From Candidatus Pacearchaeota archaeon (GTDB lineage Archaea > Nanobdellota > Nanobdellia > Pacearchaeales > GW2011-AR1), in assembly GCA_041649755.1 (NCBI GenBank), contig JBAZMK010000005.1, positions 8,597-72,596 of the forward strand: DNA of 64,000 nt. The letters are read 5' to 3'. Positions 46,483 to 55,736 of this stretch are shown here, piece after piece (within the stretch, counting starts at the first letter, position 1; the number at the start of each line of letters is the position of its first letter). A program made the position numbers and the translations under genes. The notes under the pieces were generated by a model. That model had not been told where the DNA came from. It saw nothing but the letters and a program-made list of their open reading frames with translations, and searched no databases.

Positions 46483-47937
46483 TTGTCTATGACAAAAAAC
46501 AAGACAACATTTAATATTTCAAAAGAGAAAAATTTCTCCGAATGGTATTCTGAAATCTTAAACAAAGCAGAAGTTACCGACTTGCGTTATGGAGTCAAAG
46601 GTTTTATAGTAATCCGTCCTTGGGGTGCCCGAATTATAGAAAAGATGTATAAAATTTACGACTCAGCATTAAGAAGAACGGGACACCAACCCTCATTTTT
46701 TCCTTTAGTAATCCCTGAAGAAAATTTCAAAAAAGAAGCAAATCATGTAGAGGGCTTTTCGCCAGACGTATTTTGGCTTGAACAAAAACAAGGCGAAGAA
46801 AAAGTAGCCCTAAGACCTACAAGTGAAACCGCATTCTACCAGCTTTACCATTTATGGATTCGTAGCTACAAAGATTTACCCTTAAAACTTTATCAAAGAG
46901 CCAACATTTACAGATACGAGACAAAAGCTACAAGACCACTTATTCGCTCAAGAGAATTCTATTGGTTAGAAGCACACGACGCCTTCGCAACTAAAAAAGA
47001 AGCTGAAGAACAAGTCAAAGAAGACATAGAAATGACAAAATCTGTTATGTACCAGATTTTTGGAGTCCCTTTTATTCCAATGAGAAGACCAGAGTGGGAC
47101 AAGTTCCCCGGTGCAGAGTACACAATCGGCAGTGATTCAATTATGCCTGACGGAAAAATAATCCAGCAACCTTCGACCCATTTACTCGGACAACACTTTT
47201 CAAAAGCATTTGAAATCAAATACACAGACAAAGACGAAAAAGAAAAGTACGTCTGGCAAACCTGTTATGGTCCCGCAATTTCAAGAATTCTGGCTTCAGT
47301 AATTTCCTGTCACGGAGATGATTCTGGACTAATCCTGCCATACGCAATATCGCCCATCCAGGTGATAATTATCCCCCATTATAGCAAAAACAAAAAAGTT
47401 ATAGAAAACAAAATAGGAGAATTAAAAGAACTCTTCTTTGAAAATAATATTGAATGTGAATTAGATGATTCTGACAAAAGACCTGGAGAAAAATTCTTTT
47501 TCTGGGAGATGAAAGGTGTCCCGTTCAGAATAGAAATTGGAGAACACGAAATAAAATCCAAAGAAATAACAGTCTTCATAAGAGACTTAAAAGAAAAAAT
47601 AAAAATCAAAGAGAAAAATTTAATTGAGGAAATAAAAAATCTCGGTGCAGAATTTGACGCAAGAATAAGGTTAAAAGCAAACGAATTTTTTGCTAGTAAG
47701 ATAACAAATTGTGACAGCAAAGAAGAAATAAAAAATGCTCTGGACAATGGAAAAATAGCAAGATTTAATTTTTGTTCTAATGAAAAAGAAGGAACTAAAT
47801 GCGCAGAATTCGTAGAGAAAGAACTATCCGCCCGCATAACTGGAACAAGAGAAGACAAAAAAGAGAAAGCCTCGGGAAAATGCCCTTTCTGCGGAAAAAA
47901 AGCAAATGTAGTAGTCTATGCAGGCAAAAGCTACTAG
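46483..47937 (+). CDS. proS: Prolyl-tRNA synthetase, archaeal/eukaryotic type
   Basis: Class II aaRS core, archaeal ProRS C-terminal Zn-binding region (CPFCGKKA) and the conserved terminal Tyr (...AGKSY*). Confidence 0.9.
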   Translation: MSMTKNKTTFNISKEKNFSEWYSEILNKAEVTDLRYGVKGFIVIRPWGARIIEKMYKIYDSALRRTGHQPSFFPLVIPEENFKKEANHVEGFSPDVFWLEQKQGEEKVALRPTSETAFYQLYHLWIRSYKDLPLKLYQRANIYRYETKATRPLIRSREFYWLEAHDAFATKKEAEEQVKEDIEMTKSVMYQIFGVPFIPMRRPEWDKFPGAEYTIGSDSIMPDGKIIQQPSTHLLGQHFSKAFEIKYTDKDEKEKYVWQTCYGPAISRILASVISCHGDDSGLILPYAISPIQVIIIPHYSKNKKVIENKIGELKELFFENNIECELDDSDKRPGEKFFFWEMKGVPFRIEIGEHEIKSKEITVFIRDLKEKIKIKEKNLIEEIKNLGAEFDARIRLKANEFFASKITNCDSKEEIKNALDNGKIARFNFCSNEKEGTKCAEFVEKELSARITGTREDKKEKASGKCPFCGKKANVVVYAGKSY

Positions 47938-47954
47938 TTAACTAAATCTTTAAA

Positions 47955-48039
47955 TTCGCAGCAAGCGAAGCGCGACCGAATTTCACGCGTGGCTCTGCCA
48001 CAAGACAATATAGATTAAATGCCACCGAACACTATAAAT
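47955..48039 (+). repeat. 85-nt intergenic repeat element, copy A (hairpin-rich; possible small RNA/MITE-like element/terminator)
   Basis: TTCGCAGCAAGCGAAGCGCGACCGAATTTCACGCGTGGCTCTGCCACAAGACAATATAGATTAAATGCCACCGAACACTATAAAT. Matches 62764..62848 (79/85 identity). Hairpins: TTCGC/GCGAA, GTGGC/GCCAC, CACGCGTG. Confidence 0.7.
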
Positions 48040-48069
48040 ATTTAAATAACTTCAATCCCTTTATAAAAT

Positions 48070-48345
48070 ATGATACCAATAGAAAAACAAAGTAAGCCCA
48101 TTGCCCAGCTAAAAAAAGGTAATACCTTTTATATACAAGGCAAAAAAATGATTATTGAATCTCACTTTTTATTTATAGACCACAAAACCACAAAAGAAAT
48201 GATTATTGAATGTTACAATCCGGAAAACGAAAGAGAATATCAGATTAGATATTTTGATGACCAAGTTGAAACAAGCATTGAAGTTTACGAACTCGTAAGC
48301 GACTTCCAGTATATAAAAAGAGAGCCAACAAGCATCAGTTGGTAA
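48070..48345 (+). CDS. Hypothetical 91-aa protein
   Basis: ORF following repeat copy A. No domain recognised. Confidence 0.35.
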   Translation: MIPIEKQSKPIAQLKKGNTFYIQGKKMIIESHFLFIDHKTTKEMIIECYNPENEREYQIRYFDDQVETSIEVYELVSDFQYIKREPTSISW

Positions 48346-49297
48346 AACACTTCCCAACAATTATTGGAAATAAAATTGTTGCATCACCAAAAACTTTCAC
48401 AGATTCCGCTTCGGGTGTAATCTTCCCCCACGACACCGCCTCATCAGGTCTTGCCCCTGCATCTGACGCATCAAATTCCTGAGAGTTATTTATATAAACA
48501 ACATAATCCGCCCCATTTCTAAACATATTAGCGTTACAAATATGGTGCTTCACAACACCCGAACCAAGAATAATCAGTCCTGTCTTTTCCTTCTCAAAAA
48601 CACTCTCATTCATCTTCACAATATCTTCCGCAACATCAATTTTAAAATCAGGATTCTTAAATTTAAAAAAATAGATAAGGTCGCCAATTGCTCCATCAGT
48701 TATCGCAGGACAAAACACAGGTATACCATTTTTTTGAGCCCAGTAATAGATAGATTCCTCATTATTTATTTCCTTTCCAAGAATATGAATAAGTTCAGAC
48801 ACACACAAAACTCGGTCTTTATGCTTTTCAAGAACAGGAATAAAAAAATCTTCAAACCGGCAATACCTCGAATTTGGAACCAAGATGTTACCTATTCTAT
48901 TTATCCCCTTTTCTCTCAGTTCCTTTCCTTCAAGATTAAAATCGCCAATTTTAAAATCACCTAAACACTTTATCAAATCTTCTTCTATACCACCTGTAGT
49001 CGTAACAATCACATCAACGAATTTATGCTTAACTAAATACCTGAAAACATCTCGCAAACCGGAAGAAACCATATTTGAGGTATACCCCAAATATATTTTA
49101 GCCTTGGCTTTCCTCATCTCTTTTATTATCTCTATTGCCTTCGCCAAATTTGTCGCCTGCGCTCCCATAGTGGAGTAAGAATCAACAACCTTTTCCCAAT
49201 CAACACCCTTATCAAAATCGTAACCCTTCACAGAAATCCCTTTAACATCATTGCTTTCTCTTAAAACATTCTCTCTTGCTTTTGATTCATTTGTCAT
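48335..49297 (-). CDS. dys: Deoxyhypusine synthase
   Basis: 320 aa with N-terminal region VKGYDFDKGVDWEKVVDSYSTMGAQATNLAKAIEII, typical of DHS. Confidence 0.75.
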   Translation of the reverse strand: MTNESKARENVLRESNDVKGISVKGYDFDKGVDWEKVVDSYSTMGAQATNLAKAIEIIKEMRKAKAKIYLGYTSNMVSSGLRDVFRYLVKHKFVDVIVTTTGGIEEDLIKCLGDFKIGDFNLEGKELREKGINRIGNILVPNSRYCRFEDFFIPVLEKHKDRVLCVSELIHILGKEINNEESIYYWAQKNGIPVFCPAITDGAIGDLIYFFKFKNPDFKIDVAEDIVKMNESVFEKEKTGLIILGSGVVKHHICNANMFRNGADYVVYINNSQEFDASDAGARPDEAVSWGKITPEAESVKVFGDATILFPIIVGKCFTN

Positions 49298-49327
49298 AAA
49301 AAAACCTAAATTTAAGAGTATATAACT

Positions 49328-50383
49328 TTATTGATTAACTTCCTTGTTTACCTCTTCCTTAAAATTGTCAAGTTGGTCCACAGGAATCATAGCACCCGTT
49401 GCCTCTTTATGCCCCCCACCCGTAGAATAGGGTATCTTCTCTATCACTTTTTTAGTTATCTCTAAAGCATTCTTCCCCCTTATAGAAATATTAATTTTAT
49501 CCGGTCTCTTAAACAAAACAACAACAAACTTATCAGGATGCTTAAAATAAAGCCCATTAGCAATTTCAGACGACATACTTATACTCCCTGAGTAAGAAAA
49601 AAACAACAAATGAGAATTCTTATTCAAATTAGATTCAGCCTTCCCAATCTGCTTATTATAAAAATCATTAAGTTTTTCGTATCTTTTATGAAAAGACCTC
49701 GTATAGAAATTCTCTTCTAAAATATCATAAACACCCTCTGCTTTGAATAAATACCTGATTAGGCTAATAACATTTGTCGTAGTATCCATAAGACCAAAAT
49801 TCAGCATCCTCACAACTCTACCAATCTCCGTGCAATGAAGAGCATCAAAAGCAGGAATATTAGAATTAAACAATTCTGGAAAGTCCTCAGCAAATTTCCC
49901 TGCAAAATCAGGCATATAAACATCACCAATACAACCAATTAAAGCAAGCCATAAATCTTCCTTTCTGTCAAAAACTTTCTGAGCTAAATAAGTCACAGGT
50001 TCAAATTCAGGCACGGAATTATAATAAAATGTCTGCCTAATAATTTCCTTAGGCGTTTTAGTCTCATGATGGTCAATCCAAATTATAGGGAGCCCTTTCT
50101 TTCTAACTCCTTTAATAAAATCCGCACTTACTTCTGCCTTATCTAAAATAAAAACAGAATCGGGATTAATCTCCTCAACCTTCCTTAAATACTGCTCTTT
50201 TAACTCAGGGAAAGACTTTATAGGAATGCCCCTGCCCCTGCCAACTGCCCTCCTCAAAATCAAAAAAGCACAAAGCCCGTCTACATCATTATCAAAGAAA
50301 AACAAAGGGTTTTGAGAGGCTTCTAAATGTTCGCGAATTTCCGCAATTTGCTCCTGTGTTAACATAATAAAAACAAAATACAA
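49328..50383 (-). CDS. DHH/DHHA1 family phosphoesterase (RecJ-like/nanoRNase-like)
   Basis: DHH-domain Asp/His motifs (FILDKAEVSA...IIWIDHHETK) and DHHA1 signature STGGGHKEATG. Confidence 0.75.
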   Translation of the reverse strand: MYFVFIMLTQEQIAEIREHLEASQNPLFFFDNDVDGLCAFLILRRAVGRGRGIPIKSFPELKEQYLRKVEEINPDSVFILDKAEVSADFIKGVRKKGLPIIWIDHHETKTPKEIIRQTFYYNSVPEFEPVTYLAQKVFDRKEDLWLALIGCIGDVYMPDFAGKFAEDFPELFNSNIPAFDALHCTEIGRVVRMLNFGLMDTTTNVISLIRYLFKAEGVYDILEENFYTRSFHKRYEKLNDFYNKQIGKAESNLNKNSHLLFFSYSGSISMSSEIANGLYFKHPDKFVVVLFKRPDKINISIRGKNALEITKKVIEKIPYSTGGGHKEATGAMIPVDQLDNFKEEVNKEVNQ

Positions 50384-50405
50384 AGGGTTTTATAGTTTTT
50401 GATGA

Positions 50406-51023
50406 CTATCTTGCTGCATCAGCCTGCTTCTCAGAATCGTTCTTTTTCTGTATTGCATAACTTTCTGTTGAATTTTCAGCTGCAAGCATTATCTCTTTCG
50501 CCAATGACTCAGTAATTGTTGCCTTCTTATTAAATGCCTTATCATAAGCCCCGTTAATAAGATACCTTAAAACAAGATTCAACCTTCTTCTTGGAGAAAC
50601 ATCAACCGCCTGAGGATACCTCGCACCCCCATATTCTATCGCAGTAACTTCATCACGGGGAGCACCATTTTCTATAGCTTTCACAAAAATCTTCAAAGGA
50701 TTCTCTCCTGTCTTCTCCCCAATTATCTTAAAAGCATCAACAACTATCTTCGTACATTTAGCCTGCTTACCAGTAATCCAGCCAGTAATAATCCTGTGTT
50801 TCTTACCCCTTGAACCTGGAACCTGCAATAAATTAATCAACCTTTCAACTACGTTCACTTCAGATTTTGTAGGGTCCCACTTTATCCTTCCATGAGACTT
50901 AAGCATAAGCTTCGGATTAAGATTTATCACTTTCTTCAAACCAGGGTCCGAAACTTTAACTTCACCGACATCATACATCCCAAAAACTTTCATCTGCATC
51001 ATCTTATTCTTTCTCCCCTCCAA
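50406..51023 (-). CDS. rps7: 30S ribosomal protein S7 (uS7), archaeal type
   Basis: VERLINLLQVPGSRGKKHR...AVDVSPRRRLNLVLRYLINGA...SLAKEIMLAAENSTESYAIQKKNDSEKQADAAR. Confidence 0.9.
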   Translation of the reverse strand: MEGRKNKMMQMKVFGMYDVGEVKVSDPGLKKVINLNPKLMLKSHGRIKWDPTKSEVNVVERLINLLQVPGSRGKKHRIITGWITGKQAKCTKIVVDAFKIIGEKTGENPLKIFVKAIENGAPRDEVTAIEYGGARYPQAVDVSPRRRLNLVLRYLINGAYDKAFNKKATITESLAKEIMLAAENSTESYAIQKKNDSEKQADAAR

Positions 51024-51271
51024 TAATAAGCCTCTTCCAATTGACGAATAACCAAATCTGCATCGTTGACCGCAACAGCCACTCCAATTAATCTTCCTGA
51101 CTTCGGGTTAACTTCGCAAATTCTATAAGCATATCCAGAACTTTCGTAAATATAGATGTTTCCTTCCTCATTTTTTCTCCACCCTAAATAATCCCCCCAT
51201 CTTCCCTCTGTTGATATATCCTTATGAGTAAATCTTACATTTTTATTGTTAGCATCTGTCCTTTTTTTCAT
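50999..51271 (-). CDS. Hypothetical 90-aa protein inserted between rps12 and rps7
   Basis: The ORF starts 2 nt after the rps12 stop and overlaps the rps7 start by 25 nt. Sequence MKKRTDANNKNVRFTHKDISTEGRWGDYLGWRKNEEGNIYIYESSGYAYRICEVNPKSGRLIGVAVAVN... matches no family I recognise. Confidence 0.45.
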   Translation of the reverse strand: MKKRTDANNKNVRFTHKDISTEGRWGDYLGWRKNEEGNIYIYESSGYAYRICEVNPKSGRLIGVAVAVNDADLVIRQLEEAYYWRGERIR

Positions 51272-51272
51272 T

Positions 51273-51695
51273 TTATCTTCTACCCTTCTCTATCTTGCCT
51301 TGCCAAAGTCTGTCAAGTGGCTGGTCATTTACTTTAATTATCTGGAATCTAACTCCGGACAAATCTCCTTTTGTCCGACCTTGCTTGCCCCCAATTCGCT
51401 CAATTATAACTTCATCGTGCTCGTCCACAAATTTCTGCGCCAGATTTCCTGGAATAAAAGCCGTAACTTCTTTCCCACTCTTAATCAACTGAACCCTACA
51501 ACACTTTCTCATAGCAGAATTCGGTTGCTTCGCCTCTTTTTGAACCTTCTTTATAACAATCCCTTTCGCCTGAGCACTCCTCCCAAGAGGGTCAAACTTC
51601 AAACTAATCCCAAGCCTTTTCTTCTTACGAGGCAATTTATTATCTCGAAATTTATTTCTGGCTTTCTTCAACTTCCTTGCATTCATCAATCCCAT
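51273..51695 (-). CDS. rps12: 30S ribosomal protein S12 (uS12), archaeal/eukaryotic S23 type
   Basis: AKGIVIKKVQKEAKQPNSAMRKCCRVQLIKSGKEVTAFIPG...RTKGDLSGVRFQIIKVN. Confidence 0.9.
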   Translation of the reverse strand: MGLMNARKLKKARNKFRDNKLPRKKKRLGISLKFDPLGRSAQAKGIVIKKVQKEAKQPNSAMRKCCRVQLIKSGKEVTAFIPGNLAQKFVDEHDEVIIERIGGKQGRTKGDLSGVRFQIIKVNDQPLDRLWQGKIEKGRR

Positions 51696-51784
51696 CTCAT
51701 TTAGGCGAAAATTCGCTTTATAAAGTTTACTTAAAAACTCGCAAATTAAGTTAGATTAATAAACCCCTCTCGCCTTAATTCTCT

Positions 51785-52462
51785 ATGACTAAGACTATAG
51801 CGAGAATAAAAAAAGAAGGAAAACATTTTGAAATATTAGTAGATTTAGAAGAAGCTTTAAAAGTTGCAAAAGGAGAAAAAAATGCAAATTTAAGCTCGGC
51901 AATTTTAACAGACGCAGTTTTTTACAATCTAAAATCTGGCGAACACGCCTCCGAGGAAGATTTAGAAAAAGCATTTGAAACTACAAATTTTGAAGAAGTA
52001 GCAGAAAAAATAATCAAAACTGGCGAAATAGTGAGAACCACAGAATCAATGAAAGAAGAACAAAACAAAAAATACAAACAAGTCGTAGATTTTCTTTCAA
52101 AAAACGCAGTCTCTCCAGAAGGGCGCCCATACACTCCTGACAGGATTATGAAAGCCCTAAGCGAGGCTCATGTTAATATAAAAAACAAGCCCATAGAAAT
52201 ACAGATAGACGAAATTCTAGAACAACTTTTCAGAGTGCTACCTATAAAAATAGAAAGGAAAAAAGTTCGTCTAACCATCCCTGCAATACACACAGGAAAA
52301 GCCTACGGAATAGTCAAAGAATTCATAAAAGAAGAAGATTGGAAATCAAACGGAGATTTAGAAGTTGTAGTTGAAATGCCCACTGCAATGATTTTTGATT
52401 TCTACGATAAGATAAATTCAGCAACTCACGGCTCAGTTTTAAGTGAAGAAATAAAAAATTAA
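51785..52462 (+). CDS. sdo1: SBDS-family ribosome maturation protein (Sdo1 homologue)
   Basis: N-terminal FYSH-domain start ARIKKEGKHFEILVDLEEALKVAKGE...AVFYNLKSGEHASEEDLEKAF. Confidence 0.85.
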   Translation: MTKTIARIKKEGKHFEILVDLEEALKVAKGEKNANLSSAILTDAVFYNLKSGEHASEEDLEKAFETTNFEEVAEKIIKTGEIVRTTESMKEEQNKKYKQVVDFLSKNAVSPEGRPYTPDRIMKALSEAHVNIKNKPIEIQIDEILEQLFRVLPIKIERKKVRLTIPAIHTGKAYGIVKEFIKEEDWKSNGDLEVVVEMPTAMIFDFYDKINSATHGSVLSEEIKN

Positions 52463-52708
52463 TTACTTAGAAGACTTCTTCTTAGATTTATTAGGTTTTT
52501 TAGAACCTTTCTTTAATTCGTCTTTCAATCTCTCAACTTCTCCCAATAAGGTCGCGTGATTCATACTCAAATGCCTTATTTTCTCATTAAGGTCAGAGAA
52601 AACATCATTAAGCATTAGTATGTCTTTCTTCACATAACCAAAACTCGCCGAAATGTCCTTCTCAAGCTGTTCAGTAGTTTTTTTCATATAAATCCATATT
52701 TTCAACAT
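52463..52708 (-). CDS. Small coiled-coil protein (81 aa) with Lys-rich tail
   Basis: ORF only. Helical heptads, no domain. Confidence 0.35.
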   Translation of the reverse strand: MLKIWIYMKKTTEQLEKDISASFGYVKKDILMLNDVFSDLNEKIRHLSMNHATLLGEVERLKDELKKGSKKPNKSKKKSSK

Positions 52709-52781
52709 TTATAAACTTTTGTAACTTTAAAATTAATACAAAAATTACCAAAACATTTAAACAGATTTTTCAGATAATTTC

Positions 52782-53996
52782 ATGGCAAAATACGAACTTT
52801 TAGCCCCTGTTGGAAATTTCGCAATGCTTCACTCAGCTCTTGAAGCTGGAGCAGACGCGGTATACTTTGGTTTACAAGAGTTCAATATGAGAGATTCTGC
52901 AAAAAACTTCCGCATAAGAAACCTAAACAAAATAAAAAGAATATGCGAAAATTACCCAAAAAAACCGAAAATCTACCTAACCCTCAACACAATAATCTAC
53001 GATAAAGAATTAAGAAAAATTGAAGAAATACTAAAAAAAGTAAAAGGAAAAATAGACGCCGTAATATGTTGGGATTTCTCTGTAATAAACCTCTGTAAAA
53101 AATACAAAATCCCTTTCCATATCTCAACTCAGGCTTCTGTCTCAAATTCGGATTCGGCAAAATTCTTTAAGAACCTCGGAGCAGAAAGAATCGTTCTGGC
53201 TCGCGAACTAAACCTTAAACAAATAAAGAAAATATCTAAAATTATCCCTGTTGAATGTTTCATTCACGGAGCAATGTGCGTCTCTGTATCAGGAAGATGT
53301 TTCGCCTCTCAATTCGTTCATAACCTATCTGCAAACAGAGGAAAATGCGCCCACCCCTGCAGAAGAGAATGGAAAATAACAGACGACACAGGAAATGAAC
53401 TAAAACTCTCAAACAACCGAGTTATGTCTGCTAAAGACCTATGCACTCTCCCCTTCATAGAAAAAATGAAAAAAGCGGGAATAAAGAGCTTCAAAATTGA
53501 AGGAAGAAACCGAAGCCCCGAGTATGTCTCAAAAATCGTCTCAGTCTACAGAAAAGCACTTGACAAAAAACTTTCAACAGAAGAAATCTCAAAATCAATA
53601 AAAGAACTAAAAAAAGTTTACAACAGGGGATTAAGCCCTGGATTCTACATAAGACCACCTACATCAGAAGACTTTTCCTCTTCAGAAAACGGCGAACAAA
53701 CCGAAAGTAAAGTCTTCATTGGAAAAATTGAAAAATACTGGCCAAAATCCGAAGCCGCATCTGTAAGAATATTTAATAATGGATTAAAAATTGGAAAAGA
53801 AGTCTACATAATCTCTAAAAATGCGCCTATAAAAAGGACAAAAATAGAGAGTATAGAATTTGAAGGTGAAAAAATCAATGGGGCAAAAAAAGGCGAAAGT
53901 GTAGGAATCAGCCTCCCAAAATGTTTCAAAGGTGATGAAATTTACCTAATTAAAAAGAGCTTACACCTTCCTCAAAACTACTACCCCTATCAATAA
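52782..53996 (+). CDS. Peptidase U32 family protein (RlhA/TrhP-like)
   Basis: N-terminal YELLAPVGNFAMLHSALEAGADAVYFGLQEFNMR signature and a Cys cluster (CVSVSGRCFASQF...CAHPC). Confidence 0.8.
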   Translation: MAKYELLAPVGNFAMLHSALEAGADAVYFGLQEFNMRDSAKNFRIRNLNKIKRICENYPKKPKIYLTLNTIIYDKELRKIEEILKKVKGKIDAVICWDFSVINLCKKYKIPFHISTQASVSNSDSAKFFKNLGAERIVLARELNLKQIKKISKIIPVECFIHGAMCVSVSGRCFASQFVHNLSANRGKCAHPCRREWKITDDTGNELKLSNNRVMSAKDLCTLPFIEKMKKAGIKSFKIEGRNRSPEYVSKIVSVYRKALDKKLSTEEISKSIKELKKVYNRGLSPGFYIRPPTSEDFSSSENGEQTESKVFIGKIEKYWPKSEAASVRIFNNGLKIGKEVYIISKNAPIKRTKIESIEFEGEKINGAKKGESVGISLPKCFKGDEIYLIKKSLHLPQNYYPYQ

Positions 53997-54491
53997 AATT
54001 AACCCCCCCAAGACAAGACTAAAAAGGACATCTGTAAACCAATGAACCCTCAAATACATTCTAGAAAAGCTTACAAGAAGGATTAAAAGGATAAATAAGG
54101 CATAAAAACAAGCCTTTGTCTTAATCTCTCTCCCTAATGAAAGCAAATAGACAAAAAGCCCAAAAAACACAACCGAAATAGTAACATGCCCACTAGGAAA
54201 AGAATAACCAGTAGTTTCAATTAAAGGATTTAAAGGACGAAATTTCATAAAGACTTCCTTAAAAATTGCTACTAAAACTCCTGCCAAAACCAAAGTTCCG
54301 GAAACAACAAACCCCTTTTTCCACGACTTTTTATAAAAAAAGTAACAGGAGATAAGAACCCCTAAAACTATAAGAAACTCGGGATTAAAGACCTTATCAA
54401 CAAATACGGAAAAATCCGTCAAAAAAGGGCTTTCTAAAGATTCCATAAACAAATTTACTACTCTATCCATCAACCCCAAAGAATAAAACAA
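53961..54491 (-). CDS. PAP2-family membrane phosphatase
   Basis: KFRP...YSFPSGHV...SRMYLRVHWFTDV (KxxxxxxRP, PSGH, SRxxxxxHxxxD motifs). Confidence 0.75.
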   Translation of the reverse strand: MFYSLGLMDRVVNLFMESLESPFLTDFSVFVDKVFNPEFLIVLGVLISCYFFYKKSWKKGFVVSGTLVLAGVLVAIFKEVFMKFRPLNPLIETTGYSFPSGHVTISVVFFGLFVYLLSLGREIKTKACFYALFILLILLVSFSRMYLRVHWFTDVLFSLVLGGLILLIGVVVLRKV

Positions 54492-54501
54492 TTAATAAAC
54501 C

Positions 54502-54939
54502 TTACTTCAAATATTTCATAACGTGAACCCTCTCAGGGTCTTCCCCTGCTGTCTCAACAAACCCGTTCTTTTTATAAAAACGATGAGCATTCTCCATTAT
54601 AGGATAGGTGCTTAAAATCATCTTTTCATAGCCTTTCTCTCGAGCAAAATTAACTAAATTATCAAGCAACTTCTGAGCAATTCCCCTCCCCTCATAACCT
54701 TTCCTGACATACATTCTTTTCAATCTAACAGTCTTATTATCTATCTTTTTCAAAGCCATAGTCCCGACAACCCTTTTATCAACTTCAACAACTAAAAAAG
54801 AGAGATAGTCTTTTTTAACTCTGAACTCTTTAAGAAGCTTAAACTGATGAGGGTCCCCATTAAATATATCCCCAAGTACTTCAGAAACCATATTCAGAAC
54901 TTCCTGCCTGTCCACGGGTTTATATTTTCTTATTTTCAT
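54502..54939 (-). CDS. GNAT family N-acetyltransferase
   Basis: RMYVRKGYEGRGIAQKLLDNLVNFAREKGYEKMIL (acetyl-CoA binding motif A). Confidence 0.75.
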   Translation of the reverse strand: MKIRKYKPVDRQEVLNMVSEVLGDIFNGDPHQFKLLKEFRVKKDYLSFLVVEVDKRVVGTMALKKIDNKTVRLKRMYVRKGYEGRGIAQKLLDNLVNFAREKGYEKMILSTYPIMENAHRFYKKNGFVETAGEDPERVHVMKYLK

Positions 54940-54983
54940 AAAATACTATTACTAATAAGTAATCCCTTTATTTAAGACTTGCG

Positions 54984-55736
54984 CTAATACCTATAAAAAA
55001 GAATCATCCCGTAATCATCTATCACATAAAGCGTATCCCCTTCATCATTCCAAACACACGAAAAATTCCTTAAAAATAAAGAATCAGCTAAAATTTTCTC
55101 TCTATAAATATGAGTCGCGTCATCTTTTATCAAAACATCAATATCAAAACTACAACTATTCTTTAAAATAATTTTCTCCCTGTTCGTGCACCTCTCACCC
55201 CCTTCAAAATAAACCAATTTTACTAAATCAACACAGGAAGAATTCCCTGATTTATTCCATATCCCCCTTTCGTTCAAACGAGCAAACTCTTCAGCACCCC
55301 TAAGTTCATTGTAATAATCATCTTTCTCATAGTAATACAAAGAACCAAAACCCCTCCTTAATATCTCTTCATTAACATTTTCCCCGTCATAAAAAACATA
55401 CGATAAAATCCGTCCATATTTATCATAACCGAAACTCTCCAACAACAAAGTCTTATTTTCTATTTTTTCCTTCAAAAACTCCTTAGACTCATTATAAAAA
55501 AACATTTTTTCTTCAGGAGCATTTATACCCTTAAGCCTAACCCGACCAATATCTGTATCAAAAGTATCACCATCTATTACCCTCACAACAAACACCTCTA
55601 AATCAGAAGAATTATCCTCCACAAGACAATAATAAAACACGCCTGAAACAATAACCAAAAAAAGAACTAATAACTTTCCCAGCATTTTGCTAAAACTATC
55701 TCTTCCTTTTAGATTTCTTAGCGAGTTTTCTTTCAA
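54984..55736 (-). CDS. Secreted staphylococcal-nuclease-like (thermonuclease/SNase) protein
   Basis: Signal/TM N-terminus. SNase motifs VVRVIDGDTFDTDIGRVRLKGINAPE...YGRILSYVFYDGENVNEEILRRGFG. Confidence 0.8.
   Translation of the reverse strand: MKENSLRNLKGRDSFSKMLGKLLVLFLVIVSGVFYYCLVEDNSSDLEVFVVRVIDGDTFDTDIGRVRLKGINAPEEKMFFYNESKEFLKEKIENKTLLLESFGYDKYGRILSYVFYDGENVNEEILRRGFGSLYYYEKDDYYNELRGAEEFARLNERGIWNKSGNSSCVDLVKLVYFEGGERCTNREKIILKNSCSFDIDVLIKDDATHIYREKILADSLFLRNFSCVWNDEGDTLYVIDDYGMILFYRY

Noticed and set aside
51246-51704. 152-aa + strand ORF covering rps12
   Set aside because: Antisense to an S23/uS12 frame with near-invariant motifs.
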